A stretch of DNA of 64,000 bases, from contig MU004236.1 in the NCBI GenBank assembly GCA_010405405.1, forward strand, positions 855,457-919,456, read 5' to 3'. Every line of letters starts with the position of its first letter. Positions within the stretch are counted from its first letter, which is position 1. Source of the stretch: Microthyrium microscopicum (lineage: Eukaryota). A model generated the notes under the pieces. That model was not told the origin of the DNA. It saw nothing but the letters and a program-made list of their open reading frames with translations, and ran no database searches. Shown here piece after piece: positions 11,487 to 21,509 of the stretch. A program made the translations under genes and the position numbers.

Positions 11487-14400
11487 ATGGCCACTCAGAA
11501 TGATGCATCTAATACCTCTGGTAATCAGTTTCTGCACGTGGCATTAATGGTATACTAATTTTATTGCAGAGGCCCTTGAGGTCATTGCAAATGGATCAGG
11601 AGAAGAAGCTAACGGTACCAATGGCGTCAATGGTCATGACCACTCAGACCGTCCGTCGTTTACTGTGCAATACATACATATACACCTGCTAATTCGACTA
11701 TAGACATCTTCACGGTCCTTTTAAAGCTACCACACGAACCATTCGAGACCAAGATACAGGTACCATAATTCACGCGATCCCATACGACCATGAGGCTAAT
11801 GTAGCTAGGTATCAACACAAGAACAAGTTCAAGATGTCCGACAAATCATCGTCGATCAACCATTCGCCCTTCAATACTCCTGTTTTCACCTCGAACATAA
11901 TGGAAAGCCTATCAATGACTTCATTGAACTGTCGGAAGTTGAAGGATTAGGTCCTGATTCTGTCTTCACTCTGGTTGAAGATCCCTACACAGAAAAAGAA
12001 GCTCGCGTACATATAATACGTGTCAGGGAACTCATTCAAGCCGCTGGCGAGAAGATGGATGTCGCCACTGGGTTTCATGCTGGAGCATCTCTACATGATA
12101 CCGTCAATGGTGTCTACGGGGAGGATAGCGCTGACGAAAACGATTTGTCCGAGCATAAAGTCGACTCCCCAGCTTGGTTTGCCTCCAAGATTGTGGTACC
12201 TCAAGATATTCCTTCGCCCAAGACTGTCAAATCCATCAGCTTGTCTCCCTGGAACCCACCTCCTGCATATCTTCGTCATAAAGGGCATCTACTCTATCTC
12301 ATTGTTGTTAACCTTGAGGGCGAGCAATTCCATATCACTTCCCATGTTTCGGGCTTCTATGTGAATCGGTCTAGCCATAACAAGTTTGACCCTTCACCTA
12401 AACAAGGACCGCAAACCTCGAGCGCTCACTCTCTCCTGACTCTATTACAGCAGATCGACACCCGCTTCAAAGACGCATTCCAGGAACTCCTGGAGCATAA
12501 TAGCAAACGGGAGCCGTTGGCCTTGTTCGCTTTGACTAATGCTCTGCCAGCAAACCCATGGCTAGTTGCCCAAGAGTGTACGTCGCTTCAAGAACATAAA
12601 GCTGACATCACGCGGACCCAAGAGAGCTTTTTGATCGCCGGCACGGATAATAATGACAACCTTCGCGACTGGAATGAGGAATTCCAAACAACTAGAGAGC
12701 TACCTGTCGAGACGGTGCCAGAGAAGGTTTTCCGGGAACGGCTCACGTCCAAACTCTTCGCTGACTTCAACGAAGCTGCCGTACGAGGAGCTGTGTTGGT
12801 AGCCCGTGGTGAAGTTCCACCTCTCAATCCAACAGAAGGCGTGGATGCGCAAATTTTTGTGCACAATAACGTCTTCTTTTCATTCGGAGCTGATGGAGTG
12901 GGGACCTTTGCTACTGAAGGTGGCGATGAGGCAGCTCGCGTTGCCACAGGAAAGGACGTTTCTGGCGTACAATTGGTCAACCAGCTCGACATTCCTGGAC
13001 TTTTCACTGCGGGAAGTATCATAGTAGATTATCTCGGTAAGCGAATTGTCGGTCAGAGCATAGTTCCTGGTATTTTCCGGCAAAAGGAACCCGATGAGAA
13101 CCAGATTGACTATGGTGGAGTGGAGGGCAAAGATGTGGTCGCTGAAAATGAGACCTTTATCAAACCTTTTGCACAGCTGTCGAAAGGAACTTTTGTGAAG
13201 AAGCATCCTGTCTGGGATAAAGAGGGCAAACGATTCGATCTTGAAGCCAGTGTGGACACTAAGGGTTTACTTGGAACTGATGGGCGAAAATATGTCCTCG
13301 ATCTCTATCGGTTGACCCCTCTCGATATCACTTGGATTGAGAAGCATTGGAGCGCAACTGAAGAAGAAAAGACCGGAAGTGAGAAGAAGGATTATCCTCA
13401 TCGCATGGCTATCCTTCGGCCAGAACTGATCCATGCTTATCGCATGAAGAAGCTCCACGAAAGCATCGAAGAGAACATGCCAAGCAAAGCGATCAAGAAG
13501 GAGGAGAGCGAAAAAGATACCTCAATTACGTCTGATGAATCATCTGATGGTGATGAAAAAGCAGTTGCCAAGAAGTCAGAGGACGAAGCCGCAGATGCGG
13601 AAGCTACACAGAAGAAACAGCAAGAGATCGTTGATAGTTTCGAATTCTCGCTCAATCCTGATGTTTTCGCCGGCCAAATGCCCCAGACCGACGAAGAGAA
13701 AGCTCAAATGGACAAAGACGAAGCTGATGTTCGTGCCGTCTGCGAATATCTCACCGGTTCTGTCATCCCACAGCTTGTTCAACAACTCCAGGAAGGAGAC
13801 GTTGGATTTCCATATGACGGTGAATCACTCACATCACTACTCCATAAACGAGGAATCAACGTTCGGTACCTGGGAACTTTTGCAGAGCAATGTGCTAACC
13901 AGGAACATCCACGCCTAGTTGCTCTACAGAGCTTGCTCGTTCAGGAAATGGTCGCGCGAGCTTTCAAGCACATTGCATGCAAATACATGAGTCACTTACC
14001 TCCAGTCTTTTCAACATCGGCTATTTCTCATTTGCTTAATTGCTTGCTTGGCGACAAATTCAATCAGACACCTACTGTTGAGATTGATGAAAGTCTGCGA
14101 TCTCTCTATGGCAATTCGAAATATGACTTTGAGTCTGTTACACCGGAATCGCTGCGGGAAGAAATTGTCGATGGCATTCGGAAACGCTACAGATATACCG
14201 TCACTAGTGATATTGTCTATGCTGGCCGCGAGATGCAGATGCTGCGTGAAATCGCACTCAAATCTGGTCTACAGCTTGTTGCCAAAGATTTTGCATTCAT
14301 CAAAGGTTCAGTTCAAGAGGTTAATGGCGATGCTCACCCGATTACAAATGGTCACTCGAAGAAAAAGAAGAAGGGCAATGCGTCTCCACATAGAGCGGAG

Positions 14401-15501
14401 GCAAAAGCGACTCCTCAGACCTTCCACCCTGAAGACATTGTGAACTTTGTTCCTGTCGTTAAGGGTGCTGCACCTAAGGTAAGTGTATTCGATAAGTAAA
14501 CTTCCCCAGTATGCTAAACTATATAGTCCCAATTGGCCGAAGAAGCATTCGAGGGTGGTCGCGTGTCCCTTAGTCAAGACCAGAAAGAAATTGGCCACGA
14601 GCTCTTACTGGAATCACTTACACTCCATGAACAGATATACGGCATTCTCCATCCAGAAGTCGCTCGAATGTATCTTAACATGTCCAACATCTACTACCAA
14701 CTAGACGAAAAGGCCGGTGCCGCAGAACTTGCCCGAAAAGCCGTTGTGATTGCTGAACGAACCCTCGGCCTTGACGCTTCGGAAACCATACTCGCCTATC
14801 TCAACCTCGCTCTTTTCGAACACGGATGCGGCCGTAGCAGACTCGGCCTCAAATATCTCCTCCATGCCATGGGTCTCTGTCAAGTCGCATATGGCCCAAA
14901 TCACCCCGACTCGATCACAATTCTTAATAACGGCGCCGTCATGCTCCAATCGCTGCGCCGCTACCACGAATCCCGCATCTGGTTTGAAAAGTCTGTCAGC
15001 CTTGCAGACCAAGTCTCCGGTAAAGCGTCCGTAAATTCCGCTACCCTGCTCTTCCAGCTTGCCCAGGCACTCGCGCTGGATAAGGACCATCGCGCGTCTG
15101 TCAATCGCATGCGCGAGAGCTGTCAACTCTTCCGCACTTTGCTCGGACCGGATGATCGAAATACCAAGGAGGCGGAGAACTGGCTCGAACAATTGACGCA
15201 GAGTGCGGTTAACGTGGAGAAACGTGCGAAGGACATCGCTTCAGGCAAGATCAAGTCCCGTGTGAACATGGGCGCAAGACCTATGCCTGGCGCTGGACAG
15301 ACGCGTGGGGAAGCGAATGGGAATACGACTGTGGGCAGCACGGCTGGTGGCAGTGGAGTAGATAAGCGCAGCATTGATGAATTGCTGCGCTATATCAATG
15401 GCGGAGATGCGAAGAAGAATGTTGAGGGCAATGGCTCAGGAAGCAAAAAGCGTGGTAATCCAAAACGACGCGGTGGTGCGAACGTTGCGGTTAAGAGCTA
15501 G
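11487..15501 (+). CDS. CLU1: Clustered mitochondria protein Clu1 (TIF31), with CLU domain and C-terminal TPR repeats
   Basis: Exons 11487-11520, 11570-11650, 11704-11759, 11809-14478 and 14527-15501, phases checked. Motifs SLSPWNPPP, RDWNEEFQ, DYLGKRIVGQSIVPGIF, GTDGRKYVLDLYR, HKRGINVRYLG, plus TPRs (LHEQIYGILHPEVA). Confidence 0.95.
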
Positions 15502-16263
15502 ATGCCACTACCATAGTGGGTCGAAAAACAAAAAGGAGAAGGGACGCACAACACACTCTACGGGTGACAAAGGAGTTGCTGATACAAAGGCAAGGCTGAA
15601 CAGAGGGTCGGCCACATATTCGGCGCAAAAAGCTTTTGGGATACTACAACATCCACACTCAGATAATTCTTGTACAGTTTAGTTCTTCTTCGGTTTTTGC
15701 TTCACTCTGTCAAGGGCTTGGAGAAAGCTTGCAGCGTTGATGGCTTGCCTGTTTTGACTTGTATATTCTTGTACATTAGGATGTTATTTGTTGCTGGTGC
15801 TGGGCGGATCTTGAAAGATGGGTTGATATGATTTGCATAGCATTGGGTCTGGCTGGCTATGGGATTCATGTTTAGTACATAGACCTTTACCTCTTAGTAG
15901 ATAACACAATCACCACTCTGTTTCTGTATCTTTGCATTGATTCAGGTGCTTATGAGACTATTTGGCGGGTGCTTGTATCTTGATGTTATTTTCAAGTACA
16001 AAAGGGGCAGGTGTGGAGCAAGTTTTGGTGTTGAGCAGGGATTAGCTTGCGCGCAAGGAGCCAGCCCCTGGGTGGGGCTCCTGTACTCCTGCCAGCCTGA
16101 GCATGTGGGAAACAACAACAATCATTGATGACGTCCTTTTCACCACTACGCCTGTTTTTGCTCGTGTCCATTCTCAAGGCCTCAGCTTTTTCAATTTCTC
16201 TTGCCACGACATAACTCATCTTCATCTGTTGCTCAATATAGTTTTTATTGACTACCCACCATA

Positions 16264-17421
16264 ATGCCTCCCCGTCGAGCTCGAATCAGCGAGCCTGCCG
16301 TCTCTGCTGAACCGGCTACAGCTAAGATTGCCGCTCCAAAGCGTGCCTCAGCCAAAGCTCTTCACGATGTCACAACAGACAAATATTCCGAGGCAGTGGT
16401 ACCCTCACAAATCAAGGACCTTTCAAAGACCTGGCGATGGGCGCTTCTTCCGGTTGTCTCAATGGCCATCTCGGCTTTGCTTTATACCTTAGCCGACCCT
16501 TTCGTTGATCGCCAACTTCCGGCTGTCTCCAGTGAGCCTGAGCTCTGGCGCGAGTTGGCTCCATTGGGAGAAAAGTTTGTGCTCTTATGGACTCTATGGG
16601 GCCTAAAGCTAGACGGTAATATTAACACCGACTCCAAGCAAGGAATCCAAAGCTAACAGTCATAATCAGCTACCAATGCCTTCACAGTCACAACACTAAT
16701 CCGCATCCCATTCTACTTCCTCCTCTATCTCTTCTACAACATCTCCCTCCCAACCGTAATCTTCTCCACCACCATAGATGCCACCTCCGTCGCAATCGCC
16801 TTCCTCCTCATGGGCCGCCGACGAGCCCGCGGTTACGCCAGCAAAGCTGCCTCAGAATCACCCGAAGCGCACGCCCTCTACGATCCCACCAACACAGTTC
16901 TTGCCATGTTGTTTGCAACCGGCATCTATGCGCTTTCTCTTTACGCGCTCTCGACTACTGTCCTACCTACTTTGGTTGTCAGACACTTCTATCCTATTCC
17001 TAGTGTGGAACGCGCACACAATGCTAGCTTATACTCGCTCGCGCTACCGTGTCTGCCACTCGGCTGGTCGATTCGCGAACTGCTTTATGGACCACCCACC
17101 AGCGCGGACAAACTTCCACTAGGACTACCTGTATCAACGCGCACAGCAACAAAGCTACGGCGCGCGCTAGTCCTCGTCACACTAGTATTCCTTGAGACAT
17201 ATGCACGCACCTTCACAGCCATCGGCGGCAGTACGTTGACAGGCGCTGGTATCTGGGCAAGCATCTGGGCAGCAACTACACTAGCTGCAAGTCTGGCCCT
17301 CGCTTATGTAGGCGCGGCAGCAGATCCAGAAGTAGATGGGCAGTTAGAAGAGAAGGTGGTAGGCGAAAAAGTGGTTGGCAAGAAAACATCTGCGTCGCGC
17401 AAGAGTCCGGGTAAAGCCTAG
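16264..17421 (+). CDS. Uncharacterised multi-pass membrane protein
   Basis: ORFs 16264-16656 and 16810-17421 are joined in frame by intron 16616-16669 (GTAATA..GCTAAC..CAG). The product has several hydrophobic helices and basic N- and C-termini. Confidence 0.8.
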
Positions 17422-18034
17422 TGGGAGCTTCATCGAGAGTCGGCGGGCAGATATAAGACTACCTTTTAGGGTGTCGAGAATTGAGAGAATGGTGTAGGTT
17501 GCATTTGCTGGGTTTCCTGGGGGTTTTGAGTGGCGTATAATAAGCCTGTTAGCATGGTGCATGGCGAATGCGAGTCTGCGACGAACACGATTGAGTTTGG
17601 GTTTTGTACGATTAATGCTTATGAGACTGAATTATATATTTATGTCGGTAATAGCTCCGAGCACTTTTTGGTGTATCAGTTGTATTGGTATGACTGATTG
17701 GTTTGTGTTATACAATTCTTCAGCGACCCGCTTGATAACAGAACAAGGCCACTCCGCGGAAGAGTCGAAACTTACAAATCCCCCTTTCATTGACCATAAG
17801 TAGGACATCACAGTTACAAAGAATAATTTAGTGATTCAAGCACTATCGCCACGTTGAACGTACTTGACGTCCTGCATCGTGAATGCGGGGGAAGAGCTTC
17901 CCCCGGATCAAAGATATCAACATCACTGAAGCTTTCCCAACCCTCCCTTAACAATTCCACCATAAAAACAACTCTCCTTTCTCACTAACCAACCGAAGAA
18001 TCCTCCTTCCTCTCAAACCTCGCCATAGCCCAAC

Positions 18035-19809
18035 ATGTCCCCGCTCAACACGACCGCCCTCCGCTCCTCCTTCCCCGCCCTGACCAAAAACCCCAACTTC
18101 ATCTTCGGCGATAATGCTGGCGGCTCTCAAATCTTGCAAGCATCCGTTGATGCCGTGACGGACTATCTGATCAATACGAATATCCAGATGGGCTCGGACT
18201 ATATGCCAGCGAGCACGGAACGGTGCATGAAGTTGGCGCAGGGGTTGGCGGTGAAGATGTTTAATGCGAAGAGTGCGGATGAGATTGTCTTTGGTGGGAG
18301 CAGTACGCAGAATGTTGAGAAGTAAGTAACCGCCAATATGATGGTGGTGAGGATATGATGAGCTGACGGAGTTTAGTTTGGCGAGGGGATTGGAGGGGAG
18401 TGTCAAGGAGGGGGATGAGATTATTGTTACGTGGGAGCATGAAGGTATGTGAAATATGGGCTCCAATGTGGTTCTGAGACGGGTGATATGGCTTTGGAGA
18501 GGGATGTTTCTGTTCCATAAGGGTCAGATGATTCTCCATGTCAGCGTGCACTTGGATCTAACATCCAGTCCCATATCATTCCCATGCTACACCCCATTTC
18601 GAGCTTCAAAACTAACAAAACCAGCAAACTGCGGCCCCTGGAAGTCCCTAGCTGCCAGAACTGGCGCAACAATCAAATACTGGGAGCCCACGCTTCTCAA
18701 CTCCAAAAACCCCTTCTCCTACTCCCTCGACCCATTGAACCTCATCCCACTAATAACATCCCGCACCCGCCTCCTCGCCTTCACCGCCTGCTCAAACATC
18801 CTCGGCTCCATTCTTCCCATCGCCTCCATCGTCTCCTCCGCCCGCACCGCCGCAGCTTCCGCTGGATCTCCCCTCTTCGAAGTCTGTCTCGACTGCGTTG
18901 CGTACGCGCCCCATCGGCGCATTGACGTGCAAGCTTGGGACGTAGACTACTGTATCATGTCCTTCTACAAAGTCTACGGCCCACACGTGGGGGCCATGTA
19001 TGTACGGCATCAGCAGTTGACAAGCAGTGTGAGCAGTATCGTACATCACTTCCTGAGTCCAGAGGATGATAGGATTGGGTATAAATTACAGCCTGCTGGG
19101 CCAGGTTATGAAAGTGTATGGGGGACGACGGCGGTGGTGCCGTATCTTGAGGGACTAACGGAAGAAGGAACATTGGAGGCCGCGTCGGAAGCAATGAGTG
19201 CGCATGATGCGGAGTTGGCGGGGATGTTGTTGGAGTTCTTGACGGAGGAGAGGCAGTGGAAGAGGGGGGTAAGAGTTGTGGGTGAGGAGAAGGCTGGACC
19301 TGATCGGATGCCGACGGTGAGCTTTGTGGTCGGGGAGGGAGAGGATGGGGAGAAGGCAATGAAGAGTCGGACTGTGGTCAAAGGGTTTGATAAGAAGGGA
19401 AAGGTATGTTGTTGAGAGAGAGATATATTGTTGTTTACTGACTGGTGTCTAGATTGGGATTCGATATGGCCATTTTTATGCGTTCACGTTGGGTAAGTCT
19501 CCTTGATACAGGTCAAAATATTTCCTATACGGCAAATCGGTTAGAGTGTCTCTTTGCTCATACGAATGAGTCGAGAGATATTCTTCTATTATTAAATTTC
19601 AGCGAACCTGGAAGCCTGAGAAAGATATCACATGGAAGAGCGTAAGACATGACCTAGAGAACTTGTAACTAATCGTTATGGCAGTGAGCGCCGTAAAACC
19701 AGACGACCCGAGCGATGGTGTAGTACGAATTAGCTTTGTCCATTACAACACCAAGGAAGAAGTTCAAAGCGCGATAGACACGTTGAAAGAGGTGCTATAT
19801 GCAGCATGA
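18035..19809 (+). CDS. PLP-dependent class V aminotransferase / cysteine-desulfurase-like protein
   Basis: Exons 18035-18321, 18377-18444, 18625-19403, 19453-19492 and 19685-19809. Motifs DNAGGSQ, EHEANCGPW, ACSNILG, DCVAYAPH, the PLP lysine in SFYKVYGPH, and GVVRISFVHYNT. Confidence 0.9.
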
Positions 19810-20109
19810 GAAAGTCTAATGTTGAAATGCCAACAGGTCAACAAAATCAATGGCGCGCTCCCAGCGAGTGCGATGTCTACCAGCAGAGCTTTCAATATCA
19901 GACTCTCTAATTCCCATCGTATTCGATATTTCATGACTGTTCCTTCGCCTTTGATGGGAGCTAACGCAAATGGTGGGAACGCGACATTTTTTGTCCTTCT
20001 TTTGAGATGCATTCAATCTGCCTGATAGCTGCATGTACATAGACTCATCATTACCTACCCGCTATCTCGGCTTTGATCGATTTAGACCATCAAGCGCTTA
20101 CACCAGAGA

Positions 20110-20700
20110 TAGTAGCGCTAATGTCTATGAGCGGCAGATGAAAGCCACCAGTACAAGCTCACAACAGCCGCCCGAGTCAAGTATCAATAACCAATATAAA
20201 CCCAAAAAAAAACGTTCCAGCATCCAGTCAAAGACATCAAAACATCAACCAATTGCCCATCAAAATCTCCAACCCTTCTTTCAGACACCCAAAGAAATAG
20301 ACAAAACCGTCACCACCAACCCCATCGTGAATAGCTCAGCTCAAAAAGGACAAAAATTGCCATGCGTGCTGTCTGTCAAAGCGTTGCACGATGAAACTGG
20401 ATTGCCGTTTTGAATTCTGTGGCAGACAGGGATGTGGGAAAAGCCATTTTCGAAACGCCAGTGGCTGGGAGAGCTGTGGCATGGACCAGTTGGCGTAAGT
20501 TAGCTGTTGGAATGGGTTTGATTGGTTGATATTTAAGAGGTCTTGAATGAGAGGATGTTGGTTTAATGCTTTGGGATAATTGATGTTGAGTGTGATGGAA
20601 TAAGAGAGAGGATTCACGGGACAAAGGAGGTACTCAATTTCGTGAGGAACTGGTGGTAGAATGGATATGTTGTGTATGTGAGCGTTAGGCGCAGAGTACG
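20110..20700 (+). ncRNA. Candidate structured non-coding RNA, element 1 (family not identified)
   Basis: Nested complementary segments: 20145-52/20649-56, 20217-25/20553-61, 20244-53/20521-30, 20360-65/20479-84, 20369-78/20420-29 and 20442-48/20460-66. No convincing ORF. Confidence 0.35.
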
Positions 20701-20906
20701 TGAGAATGATACCGTGAAGAATATAAACCTGCAGAGTTCCTTTTTGGAAGATCAACGGAGATGTTATGGTTGGATCCTACCCGTTGTACTCAGGGGATCA
20801 AGATATTGAAATTGTGTAAAACTATCAACATTCCGAACGCCTTGTCATTTCTCAGTCTCTTATAAGAAACAACATATACGAAGAATTTGTTTCCCATACT
20901 CCAATG

Positions 20907-20928
20907 CTCGAATATTCGAATATTCGAG
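20907..20928. repeat. Perfect 22-bp palindrome CTCGAATATTCGAATATTCGAG
   Basis: The sequence equals its own reverse complement. Confidence 0.9.
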
Positions 20929-21312
20929 ATCTTCGGCTATTAGGCTAAGAAACTACCTACGTCTATCTACAAACATCAAAAACGTAAACGAGATCCTACT
21001 CGCCAAGGTTCGAAACGAAACACAAACTGAAATGTCCTTTTGTTCTGAAAACCTACTACGATCATCCTTATATTTCTCTCCCACACTCCCAGACATTCTA
21101 TCCAGCACTCCAGACGCAAGAAAGGGGCAACTCACAAACCGGCCTACCAGTATAATTCCCAATAGCTCTAATCGGAAAGATCCAGTAAAAAACCACCAAA
21201 AACAGCAAGTAAACCATCTAAGTATACACCTCTCAACCAATAACAACCCATCATTCGTCCATAGTCAAAATAATCGACCAAAAATATAGCTCGCAAGCTC
21301 TGAACCAAGCAG

Positions 21313-21509
21313 TCCCGGCCAGCTTGATCAGGTGCTCCTCAATTCCCATTGGCCCCCGTTCATAACCTGATCTGTTCCTGAACAAGGGGAGCAGGATCAA
21401 CTTGCAAGTTTGCACCCTGCGATCGGAGCCAGGGCGAACTCAAGGGCAGACCGCTCATTTGCTGGCTGGGGAGCAGAAAGGGGAGGTGTTCATATATATA
21501 TTATTTTTT
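21313..21509 (+). ncRNA. Candidate structured non-coding RNA, element 2 (four-way junction; family not identified)
   Basis: Closing stem 21313-23/21461-71 encloses stems 21326-33/21365-72, 21373-79/21387-93 and 21401-19/21430-44. The non-Watson-Crick pairs are G.U on the + strand. A T6 run follows at 21504-21509. Confidence 0.4.

Noticed and set aside
18470..18570. TPP riboswitch in the PLP-enzyme intron (CTGAGA present)
   Set aside because: The downstream TGATCTGGATAATACCAGCG-type core is missing.
20391..20498. 35-aa Cys-containing ORF MKLDCRFEFCGRQGC...
   Set aside because: No recognisable motif, signal peptide or CAAX box, and it overlaps the RNA stems. It cannot be supported as coding.
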